A stretch of 64,000 nt of DNA from Octopus sinensis (Eukaryota). The notes beneath the pieces are model-generated. The model worked only from the letters and a program-made list of their open reading frames with translations, searched no databases and was not told the DNA's origin. The stretch is from assembly GCF_006345805.1 (NCBI RefSeq), contig NW_021832830.1:35982-99981 (forward strand). Direction: 5' to 3'. This document shows, in pieces, positions 12,700 to 23,819 of the stretch. A program made the position numbers and the translations under genes. How positions within the stretch are numbered: the stretch's first letter is position 1; the number at the start of each line of letters is the position of its first letter.

Positions 12700-12968
12700 A
12701 CGGGGTCCGGCAGTGGGTAGTGGCAAACCCTACTGTATTTTTTCACCACAACTTTTTCTCGCACCTTAATCTTGTTTCGGTTGCAAGTGTATTTCAAAGG
12801 GACCAGCCTTGTCACACAATCTGTGTCACGCTGAATCTTCCCGAACAGCACGTTACGAGTACACGTGTCTCTGGAGTTCTCAGCCCTTTACACGTTAATT
12901 TCACGAGCAGGCTATTCGGTTGATCGGATCAACTGGAACTCTGGTCGTCGTAACCGACGGAGTGCCAC
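12700..12968 (+). mobile_element. SINE-like interspersed repeat fragment (possibly Deu/Nin-domain type)
   Basis: GC-rich gggaccagccttgtcac...cacgttaatttcacgagcaggct...gtcgtcgtaaccgacggagtgcc; family assignment from recall only. Confidence 0.4.
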
Positions 12969-13756
12969 GATTGGAAGAGAATTTATAATCTTTAACATAA
13001 AATTTAATACAGGAAATCAGTTACATATAAAAAAGCGTTAATCCAAACGTTTCTTTTTTTTTTTCGTTTTATGAGCTGAAGATTCATCTCGGTCTCCGAT
13101 TTATGTTTAAAAATACTGAGTGTTCTAACAATTTGTAAATGGTAGCATTGGGGCAGTTTATAAACACAATCGAAAGTACATACGTATATAATCGATGAAC
13201 AATGCAACGACAGTTAATTTGGATATGAAATAAAACGATGGAAAAACAAGTCACATACTCAGCTATTCTTTGTTATTTGCAATAAAACGTATTTTTAATC
13301 TATTTAGTTTTAAGTTGTGTAAACATTTAATATCTCTTATCTCATATTTATTCCAATCATTTGAGAATGGCCATGATGTGGCAAAACGGTGGAGAGAAAG
13401 TCGGACAAATTGACCTCACTACATTCGTTATTCTTTAAAGTCTGGTAATTGTTGTGGAACAAGCAGCCTCTTTGACGAACTGTTAGGTTACTTAGATGTA
13501 GACAAAGATAACAACTAATACACACAAACATACACAAATTTATACTTAGATACATACATACATTCATACATACATACATACATATATACATACATATATA
13601 TATATATATGTAAATCAAATATTTTTTACTTTCGACACATGTTTCGAAAATTCCACTGATACTATTCAAAAGAATAAATGGTATGAACAATGCAAACTAT
13701 ATTTAATTACTTATTTATTTTTTCCGTGTTAATTGTTAACAAGGTAAACATACACT

Positions 13757-13816
<60 letters not shown>

Positions 13817-13817
<1 letters not shown>

Positions 13818-14215
13818 TAGCAATATCGCTCGTCGTTGCTCGGGTTTGCTTTAACCCTTTAGAATTGGAATTTTTCAAAAGTAAAATTTTTGTATTATGT
13901 AGCTTGTTATTTCACTTTAAGTGAACATTTTTTCTAGGTGAAATACACCGAAAAATGGTGATACAGTAGTAAATAAATCGTAAAAAATAGGGATTTTCAT
14001 AAGAAAAAAGGCACCATATTGATGTAAATAATTTTTGGTCTCAAAATGGTCCGATTTGAATGTTGTCTTCTACGGAAGGAAGAGCAAGACTTCTTCTATC
14101 ATACTCTCAATTTTGGTCGACTTGCGTCGCAGGGTCTCGGAGGAGATAGTGTTAGGTGAAGGCTACCAAACCTGCCATACACAGACAACTTCAGCTTTAT
14201 ATATATATATAGTAT
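13817..14215 (-). mobile_element. Non-autonomous Helitron
   Basis: Minus strand begins TACTATATATATATATAAAGCTGAAG and ends in a decayed GC hairpin (13827-13844), then CTAG followed by T; lies in (TA)n. Confidence 0.65.
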
Positions 14216-14571
14216 CTATCTATCCATACGTACATGTATACACATACATACATGCGTTCTTATCACCGTTTCCACTCTCTTTCCACAACGTTTCCACTCT
14301 CGTTGCTCACACGTGGCCAACGTCTATCAATCTTCTTTAATCCTACTTCCTTACTAAAGACAAGACGTGATTTTGTCTGTTTCTCCTCAAGCTCGTTTCT
14401 CCAGCGTTCACCACTTCACTTTTTTATGGCTTAACTGCCCTCACCCTTCATTTTTACTGTTTTGTTTTCATTGTCCTGTTTTTGTGACCATTTTAACCCT
14501 CCGCATATCCCAATTTAAATTTATTGCTTTGCGGGAACGACTGTTTTAACGAAGTCGCGCCTTGTCCCTAC

Positions 14572-15302
14572 GTTCGGAACGTGGAGTAGATAAAACAGGG
14601 GACAACTGATGAAGGGAATGTTCTTTATGTTGCCTGTCTCATTTGTGTATTTGTTTCCTCGACGAAAAAGACCGAAAGAGGAAAAAGATGGGTGACAATG
14701 TTTGCCCACTGAGGTATCTTAATGTCGCAGGAGGGAAGGGAAATCTTCCGGACAAAACGGAAGAAATCCACCTTCCCGTGACAAAAGAAAAAAAAGAAAA
14801 AAAGCGGGGCATTTCTGGCGGTTACGCACTGCCGGCATGTCCCGAAATCCCGTCGGTGGGAATCTGTGCCAACGACGGTGGAAACTATGTCTCTCTCTGG
14901 GTGAAGCAGGAATTTGTAATCTTCTCCCACGTGGGAGGGGTAATTCAAGAAATTATGAAAAGGTTTACCCAAAAGGATCGGAGGGGAGGGTTTCTAACCT
15001 GTATTGATGACCCTGCATGGCCTCCGCAGGTGGCTGCGAAGGTCGTGTCAGAGACAGATATGCTCAAGGAAATGAACTCCTTTCCCGAAGACGCATTCCG
15101 CTCATAGTTGAAGCACCTCGACATGGCACAATCAAAATACTTGAATGACGCGTTGAGCCCGGTCTGGTGCCGCCAGGGCGGAAAAAGCAAGAGGCTTACT
15201 TCCTCGTACTGTAGGGGCATAGGGTCCAGTATGGAAAAATGTAAGAGGCTTAGTGCCTCATTTGCAAGGACTTTGTGTCCCATTGAACTATATAGTAAGT
15301 AG
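14572..15302. mobile_element. GC-rich repeat segment with a near-continuous 220-codon frame, product unknown
   Basis: ORFs 14643-15107 and 15108-15302 are the same frame split by one TAG; begins with a motif shared with the 4312 repeat. Confidence 0.4.
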
Positions 15303-15748
15303 TTTATAACCTCAATTTGTTTTTATAAAAGAGGAAAAAAGAACAATGTTTTCGGGAAGCAGCGATCGTCGGGCGTCGTCTGTTTCCCTCATCAGCATCA
15401 TTATTTTACTCATCATTGATTTCATTTGTGCTGTTGTCCATCCGGCATTTGCTTCCATCTATGTAAAGCCTTTATAGCTAATTTAAAGAAATAATGACGG
15501 GTCACATGGTGTTACTTACCAAAGAATATCAGATGCGTAGCGACACCAGTTCATTTAGAAGATTTTTCTTTTGATCGCGTGGCTGAACAGGAAGCAGCAA
15601 CGAAGTCTTTCGAAAGGAACTGTTGTCGCTAAAAGCCTTGATATTCGCTGACAACATCATATGATCCACCTTCACCAATAGGAGTTTATCTTATGGTAGC
15701 CACTGTGAACAACATGTATCTCTCCATTCGACGATCTGTAGCTTGAAA

Positions 15749-16332
15749 GGCGGCGAGCTGGCAGAATCGTTAGCGCGAAATGCGTAGCCGTATTTCGTCT
15801 GCCGTTACGTTCTGAGTTCAAATTTCGCTGAGGTCGACTTTGCCTTCCATCCTTTCGGGGTCGATTAAATAAGTACCAGTTATGCACTGGGGTCGCTGTA
15901 ATCGACTTAATCCATTTGTCTGTCCTTGTTTCTCCCCTCTGTGTTTAGCCCCTTGTGGGTAATAAAGAAATTGGTATTTCATCTGCCGTTACATTCTGAG
16001 TTCAAATTTCGCCGATGTCGACTTTGACTTTAATCCTTCGGGGTCAATTAAATAAGTACCAGTTACGCACTGAGGTCCATGTAATCGACTTAATCCGTTT
16101 GTGAGTCCTTGTTTGTCCTCTCTGTCTTTAGCCCCTTGTGGGTAGTAAAGAAATAGGTATTTTGTCTGCCGTTACGTTCTAAGTTCAAATTACGCCGAGG
16201 TCGACTTTGCCTTTCATCCTTTCGGGGTCGATAAATAAGTACCAGTTACGCACTGGGGTCCATGTAATCGAATTAATCTCTTTGTCTATCTTTGTTTGTC
16301 CCCTTTATGTTTAGCCCCTTGTGGGCAATAAA
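15749..16332 (+). mobile_element. SINE family A: headed copy plus two headless tandem units (~183 bp)
   Basis: Head ggcggcgagctggcagaatcg; B box GAGTTCAAATT; units restart at GGTATT 15973 and 16156. Confidence 0.9.
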
Positions 16333-16432
16333 TATATATATATCTGTAGCCTGAAAGAGACAGGCTTCTGCTTCACATATTAATTAGCATGGAACCAAAT
16401 CAAACAGTTCTAAATAATATATACAGCTGAAT

Positions 16433-16746
16433 GGTAAGATTTTGCTTCCCAGCCATATATTCCCGGGTTCAGTCCCAACTTGGGCAAGCGTCTTCTACAA
16501 TAGACTCGCGCCGACCAAAGGCTGGTCAGTAGATTTGGTAAACGGAAACATTTGCTTGTTGCAGCCATTTGACTGTGGCCATGTTGGAGCATCGCATTTT
16601 GTCGAACAAATCGACCCCAGGACTTTCTTTGTAAGCCCAGTACATATTCTAAGTTACGGGAACGTAAGCACACCAACATCGGTTGTCAAGGGAACAGACA
16701 CACGGTCACACACACAAATGTAAATACAACAGGCTTCTTTCAGTTT
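16433..16746. mobile_element. SINE family B rearranged: + strand head (16433-16553) fused to - strand body (16557-16746)
   Basis: Comparison with full copies. Confidence 0.7.
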
Positions 16747-16759
16747 TTCTGGGCGATGG

Positions 16760-16929
16760 AGGAGGGGGGCACTCGATTAGATCTACCCCCACCTACGCAA
16801 TTTATCGAATCAGAAAGTATAAAAGGTAATGTCGACCTCGCTGGAATTTGAACTCAGAACACAAAGATTGATGAAATACCAGTAAGCAGCTCGCCCGTCG
16901 TGCTAACGTTTCTGCCAGCTTACCGCCTT
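16760..16929 (-). mobile_element. SINE family A, diverged
   Basis: gtcgacctcgctggaatttgaactcagaac...ctaacgtttctgccagcttaccgcctt. Confidence 0.8.
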
Positions 16930-17143
16930 TACTCTTTTACTCTTTTACTTGTTTCAGTCATTTGACTGCGGCCATGCTGGAGCACCGCCTTTAGTCGAGC
17001 AAATCGACCCCGTGACTTATTCTTTGTAAGCCTAGTACTTATTCTATCGGTCTCTTTTGCCGAACCGCTAAGTAACGAGGACGTAAACACACCAGCATCG
17101 GTTGTCAAGCGATATTGGGGGGGGGACAAACACACACACACAA

Positions 17144-17179
<36 letters not shown>

Positions 17180-17340
17180 ATATATACGACAGGCTTCTTT
17201 CAGTTTCCCTCTACCAAATCCACTCACAAGGCATTGGTCGGCCCGGGGCTACAGCAGAAGACACGCGCCCAAGGTGCCATGCAGTGGGACTGAACCCAGA
17301 ACCATGTGGTTGGTTAGCAAGCTACTTACCACACAGCCAC
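16930..17340 (-). mobile_element. SINE family B, full length
   Basis: A-box-like TGGCTGTGTGG, B-box-like GGTTCAGTCCC, internal microsatellite 17141-17186, (TAAAAGAG)n tail. Confidence 0.9.
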
Positions 17341-17894
17341 AACTAATCGTATCACCTAAATATTAGTGTTATTGATTATATAAGTGTTTTCGAAATATGG
17401 TTTTATTTTGCAGGGTATAATAAATGTATTATGTATGAAATAATATCTGCTAGCCAGTTGCTAGTTGGTAATTGCTTGTTAAACGTTTCTGGTAGAATTT
17501 GCCAGAATTCACAATTTCAGATCTTTTGTTAAACATTGCAATATAATAGAATATAATGCTTTCCGAGCGGATGAACCTGGCCCCGAGGCTTTTCAGCGAA
17601 TCCAGCAAAACTTGTTTGTTTACTGTTATACTATTGCAGCTAAACTAAGGATATGCGTTATGAAGAAAGAAGCACATGCAATATTTTATCCGCTCTCATC
17701 TGAAGTTTATTTGAACTACACAGCTTCCTCATAAATATCTGCGTATTTTACCAAAAGAGTGGCCAGATGGAACACTATGCCCATAAGAACATTGGCGTTT
17801 TTAAGAATCTTGGATCTCTTACTAAAACCGACGCCAGCCAACGAGAGGGCAACTGCAGTATCAATAGTCTTTTTTTCTTTTTTCTTTTTCCTGT

Positions 17895-18459
17895 ATTACC
17901 AACAAGGGGTCAAACATAGAGGGGACAAACTAGGACAGACAAAGGGATTAAGTCGATTATATCGACCCCAGTGCGTAACTGGTACTTAATTTATCGACTC
18001 CGAAAGGATTAAAGGCAAAGTCGACCTCGGCGGAATTTGAACTTAGAGCGTTAAGACAGACAAAATCCCGCTAAGCATTTCGCCTGCCTTGCTAACGTTT
18101 CTTATTTCTTTGTTGCCCACAAGGGGCTAAATATAGAGGGGACAAACAAGGACATACAAAGGGTTTAAGTCGATTACATCGACCCCGAATGGATGAAAGG
18201 CAAAGTCGACCTCGGTGGAATTTGAAGTCCGAACGTAACGGCAGATGAAATACCTATTTCTTTACTACCCACAAGGGGCTAAACACAGAGGGGACAAACA
18301 AGGACAGACAAACGGATTAAGTCGATTAGATCGACGCCAGTGCGTAACTGGTACTTAATTTATGGACTCCGAAAGGATGAAAGGCAAAGTCGACCTTGGC
18401 GGAATTTGAACTCAGGACGTAGCAGCAGACAAAATACGGCTACGCATTTCACCTGCTCG
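17895..18459 (-). mobile_element. SINE family A cluster, three units
   Basis: Repeated aaaggcaaagtcgacctcggcggaatttgaac and ggggacaaacaaggacagac. Confidence 0.9.
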
Positions 18460-18700
18460 CCATCACTGCAGAATTAATAATCTTGCTAGATATGTTAGCT
18501 CTTTCAAACATTGTCCTACCGTTTTAAAAATCACAAGGAGACATTGGATAATGTACTCCTAGATATGTAATGGCAGTGACACCAGTGACTTGGCTAATTC
18601 TGGAGAACTTTTGATCGTGATTTCACGTTATCTCTGTGTGTGTAAGAATGTGTTTATCTAATGGTTATCTAATTGCATGACTATGTTATGCGCAATTAAG

Positions 18701-18784
18701 AATGCTTTGAGAAAAAGGTATCTGTTATGTTGCCACCGCAGAAATGCTTTGAGAAAAAGGTATCTGTTGTGTTGCCACCGCAGA
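18701..18784. repeat. 42-bp tandem duplication (2 copies, 1 mismatch)
   Basis: aatgctttgagaaaaaggtatctgtt(a/g)tgttgccaccgcaga x2. Confidence 0.9.
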
Positions 18785-18933
18785 AACTGGAGTAGTACTT
18801 AATCATTAAATAAGTGGAACGATGCACTAAATATCAGGCTGCGAACTTGGGCCTATACACTGGAGGAAATTCCCCGCCAGTTTTAGGCCATCATGAACAC
18901 AGTTGAAAGACTGAAACCGGTAACTTGATATAT

Positions 18934-19399
18934 TGATTTCAAATTTTCGGTACAAGGACAGCAAAGATAGTGAAAGAGATAGATCGATTGATTTATGTTC
19001 AATTGGTACATAATTTTATAGACACCTGTGATGATGAAAGGCAAAATCAACCCCGATAAACTTTTGAGCTCAGAATATAAAGTTGGAAGAAATGATGCTA
19101 GGCATCATTCTTTGGCGTGATAACGATTCTACTAGCTCGCCACCATGCAGAAACTTTGTAGATTGTTTTCAGAATTTGGCATCATGAGAGCAGCAAATTC
19201 GGTGAATGGGGTAGATCAATGATATCAACACCGCTATTGAATTGGTACTTATTTTATCGACCGAGAAAAGATGAAAGGCAGTCGATAAAATATGAAAAGT
19301 ATATTCGACCTCGGCAGAATTTGAACTCAGAATGTGAAGACGAAATATCACTAAGCATTTTCTCCGGTGTGGTAACGATTCAGCCAAATCGCCGCCTTA
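18934..19399 (-). mobile_element. Two old, diverged family A-related SINE copies
   Basis: gatgaaaggca..., gaatttgaactcagaa, ctagctcgccacc and gccaaatcgccgcctt heads. Confidence 0.7.
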
Positions 19400-20019
19400 A
19401 ATATTAATAATATTGCAAGCAAGAAAAGAGATATATATTTGAATAATCGATAACGTCGCTCCCAATATTTGATCAATTTTTCATGTTCGGATAGATTATG
19501 TTCAGTTTAACCCTCGCTTCATATGAAAACAGAAATAATAACGGCCCTTACACAGTGGAGTTCTCTGTCAGACATTCCAAAGAGTCTGCCATGATAACTC
19601 CCTTAGGGGTAAAGATATTCAACACAACAGAAAGACAGAACTACGACGTATCTTACTAATTCAAAGACAACACCTGGATAATTTTCAATAATTCCTACCA
19701 GGCCAGATATCTTCTGCAGGTGAGACAAACTAGAACATCTCCCGTGGGCAAATCAGTGTCTCACTAACTACCTACATATTCAAAGAACGATTGACCAAAA
19801 ATATAAAACATATACGTTGGTGAAATTGGAATGATACCAAAATTCTTTATGGTCCGAGTAATTAGATTTCTGGTCGGTTTTATTCTTCAAGAAAACGGTA
19901 AACTTGTATTGAATGTCTGTTCTAAAGCGCAAGCATTAATTATTCTGCTGAATAACAGAATTCCGGATAAATGCCACACCTGCGATCATGTCTAACCTCA
20001 TTGCCAATGTGAAGTCGTA

Positions 20020-20286
20020 GCAGTGGCAGTAGGTGTAGTAGTATTAGTAGTAGTAGTAGAGGCAGTAGTAGTAGTAGTAGTAGTAGTGGTGATGGTGATA
20101 TTTGTGGCAGTAGTAGTGTTGTTGTTTTTGTAGTTGTTATTATTATGATTATTATTATTATTATTAGTAGTAGTAGTAGTAATTATGCTGGTGGTTGTAG
20201 TAGTAGTAGTAGTGACAGTAAAATAGTAGCAGTAGTAGTAGTGGTTGTGGTGATATTTGTGACTGTAGTAGTGTTGTTGTTGTTGT

Positions 20287-20318
<32 letters not shown>

Positions 20319-20440
20319 ATGATGCTGGTGGTAGTAGTAATAGTAGTAGGGGCAATAACAATAGTAGTATTAGCAGTAGTAGTTGTAGTAGTAGTAGCAA
20401 AGGTGGTGATGGTGATGGTGATGGTAGTGGTGGTGGCTGT
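20020..20440. repeat. (AGT)n/(GGT)n/(TTA)n trinucleotide array
   Basis: Direct inspection. Confidence 0.9.
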
Positions 20441-20635
20441 ATAATGGCTGAATTGTATCCCAAAGTTCTCGGATTGACACGAAGACTGCAGTCACGTACT
20501 GTGGATGCAAATGCCTCCTTCACGCGGTTATGGTGAAGTTCAGATACGGACGAACAATCGGAAGCGTATTTTCTCACAAACCTACAGAACAGACCCGGAC
20601 GAATGTCACTTAAAATCATCATAGATCTTCTATCA

Positions 20636-21031
20636 TTTACCTGTTTCACTTATTAGACTGCGGCCACGCTGGGGCACCGACTTGAAGAACTGTTAATCGA
20701 ATGAATCGACGACACTACACATTATTTTAAAAGCCTGGTACTTATACGATTGATCCAATTTTGCCGAACCACTAAGTTATGTGGAGGTGAAGAAACCAAT
20801 TGTGGTTTCGAAATGATGGTGGGAGACAAACTCAGACACAAAAAATACACACATGCATGCACGCACACTCACGCTGGCGCGCGCACATTTATTTTTCTAT
20901 GAATAAATCCATATATATTTACGAAGGACTTCTTTCAGTTTCTCTCTACCAAATCCATTCATAAGGTTATAGTAGAAGACGCTTGCCAAAGGTGTCCCGC
21001 AGTGGGACTGAACCTGGAACCATGTGGCTGA
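20636..21031 (-). mobile_element. SINE family B variant, diverged
   Basis: gactgcggccacgctgggg...ccgaaccactaagtta...agtgggactgaacctggaaccatgtggctg. Confidence 0.75.
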
Positions 21032-21228
21032 GAAGTATATTTGAAATTTATATTTATACACACACACATACACACACATTCACACACAGATAGACGACTT
21101 ACTTCCTTTAGTTTCCGTCTACAGAACCCACTCACGATAGGGCCAAGTCTATATTAGGAGACATTTGCCAAAGATCGAAAATTTATTGACATATAGACAC
21201 GGCTGTACCCATCATTCCTTTGAAGTGA

Positions 21229-21442
21229 TGGCAGAAACGTTAGCACGCCGGGCGAAAAGCTGAGCGGTATTTCGCCTGCCGCTACGTTCTGAGTTCAAAT
21301 TCCGTCGATGTCGACTTTGCCTTTCATCCTTTCGGAGTCGATAAATTAAGTACCAATTACGCACTTAATCGACTTAATCCGTTTGTCTGTCCTTGTTTGT
21401 CCTCTCTGTGTTTAACCCCTTGAGGGCAGTAAAGAAATAGGC
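21229..21442 (+). mobile_element. SINE family A single copy
   Basis: tggcagaaacgttagcacgccgggcgaa...aaagaaatagg. Confidence 0.9.
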
Positions 21443-21849
21443 ATTGTCTTGATTTCAATCTTCCTCCGTTCACACTCTTCATTTAGTATTCACCTTCAAA
21501 GAAACCCTCCTTTCAAAACGGTACGTGGTTAAGTTTTCACTACTTACCTCCTCTTACTTCAAACGTAGACTACCTAGTCGCCATATATAAGGTGGACTGC
21601 ATTATTTGCTATGAAAATATGTCATTCATTTAATTCATTTCTTTTCTAATTATATTTAATGCAATGATAACTTATTTCATTCTGACCTCTTATTTGTGAT
21701 TATATGGTATCTGAAGACTGTCAAGGGAATATTTAAATTTTATCTCTTCCAATATTTCGTTCGATCTTAAGGCCAGAATTCTATTGAAATTACGATAAAA
21801 TCACAAAGAATGTTTCCAACTACAGAAACTAATACTTACAACAAACACA

Positions 21850-21929
21850 TGTATGTATGTATGTATATGTGTATGCATGTATGTATGTTTCTATCTATCA
21901 CCATATATGTTTACACACACACACACACA

Positions 21930-21971
<42 letters not shown>

Positions 21972-21989
21972 TAGATAGATATATATATG

Positions 21990-22020
<31 letters not shown>

Positions 22021-22095
22021 TGTTATATTTCGGAATGGTCATATGTGTTTGTATATATACATATATACATATATATATGTACATGTATTTGTGCA

Positions 22096-22135
<40 letters not shown>

Positions 22136-22367
22136 TGCACAAATGCATACACATATGCATACCGACACATAAACATATATACATATACAAATATAGATAT
22201 TTAAACATATATATATATATCTTTACATTTATATATAAGCATATATATGCACATATAAATATATATATACGTATACATATATGTTTATGCATATATATAC
22301 GCATATACATACATATATGTGTATATAGATATATGTGTGTGTGTTTATGTATATGTGTATATATGTG

Positions 22368-22398
<31 letters not shown>

Positions 22399-22445
22399 GT
22401 ATATATATATACATATATATGCATATACATACATATATGTATAGT
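21850..22445. repeat. (TA)-rich low-complexity block
   Basis: Direct inspection. Confidence 0.85.
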
Positions 22446-23040
22446 TTACAGAAACAAATGCATTGAAGTATCGAAGTAAATATGAAACCGAGTCAATGTT
22501 GTTTCCATTGTATTATTTGCCATGTATAAATAACTTTTACTCGTTCTCCAATAATAGCGTAGAGGTCGACCTAAACCATTTGATATTATGTCAACCTTGA
22601 CAGGGGCTAAATTGATTATGAAGAAAACCGCGCAAATAATATCAGCTGCTTCCATCTCAACGATGTAAATACAAGCAAAGCAATTAGTAAAGTACCTCTT
22701 AGGTTTTGGCAAAATTAATACCTCTTTGTTATGGAATGTTGATTTTGTAGGAAAGAATGTGTATTGTGCATTCGATCAAACAAGACGAATTATTGTTGAT
22801 GTGCTTAATATATTACAAGTCTAATTCATGAAGCTCCGAATCTGATAAATCAATTGAGAAACGCAGCTTCAGATATATAATATATTTATGAATTGTATAT
22901 TTTCTTCTGAGAGAATATAAAATATGTCTCTTTAGCAATGGCAGACATTTGTACTCGGTAGATTTCTCTTCTGCTTTCATTTAAAAAAAAAACTGTTTCC
23001 ATCTTCATGTTATTTAAATAAAGATTATTATTATTATCAT

Positions 23041-23090
<50 letters not shown>

Positions 23091-23100
23091 ACACTACTAC

Positions 23101-23178
<78 letters not shown>

Positions 23179-23181
<3 letters not shown>

Positions 23182-23330
23182 TAGCCTTATTTTATCACAT
23201 GCTTCACTTTACTGTATTGAAAGTGTTTTGCGTAGGATGTGTGCAGTGCCCAGTAGTGCAATTTTCTGTTATATATATATTTATTAGACCTGGTGTTTTT
23301 GTTATGTATTTGTCTGAATATTTTATTATT
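23179..23330 (-). mobile_element. R4/Dong-type (restriction-like endonuclease) non-LTR retrotransposon 3' end within (TAA)n
   Basis: Translates IIKYSDKYITKTPGL...QKIALLGTAHILRKTLSIQ* across a frameshift; flanked by (TAT)n on both sides. Confidence 0.8.
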
Positions 23331-23336
23331 ATTATA

Positions 23337-23385
<49 letters not shown>

Positions 23386-23496
23386 GATTATTATGTTCTT
23401 TTTGTTTTTGTTTTTTCACATGCTATTTTTATTTATATCATAATTACTAGTAACAATAGTAAGCAGCAGCAACAGTGGCAGTAGCATCAGCAGAAT

Positions 23497-23528
<32 letters not shown>

Positions 23529-23819
23529 TTAGTAGTAGTAGTAGTAGTAGTAGTAGCAGTAGAGGTGGTGGTGGTAGTAGTAGAAGTGGTTACTCTTGTT
23601 CTAGTTAAATAAAAATATGACAACTGATTCAGCGTTGTTGCTGATGTTTTCAATCCATGCACAGAGCTTATTATTACATCGAGGACCTCAGATATGGAAA
23701 CCGGATCACTCTGATCATTTTAGGGGTGGTTCTAGGTCTAGCATAAGTTTCTTAACACTATCAAATATCACGTTTAATTTGCTCTGATTATACCATATGT
23801 CACACACATCTATATGCTT

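Noticed and set aside
15514-15620. Minus-strand exon ending at TTG|GTAAGT
   Set aside because: All three frames contain stops shortly before the donor.
15749-16332. Regularly spaced repeats suggesting a CRISPR array or satellite
   Set aside because: Units are ~183-bp SINE bodies without unique spacers; no cas genes; eukaryotic context.
21541-21612. Minus-strand exon ending at GAG|GTAAGT
   Set aside because: All frames are closed for both possible acceptors; at most a non-coding exon.
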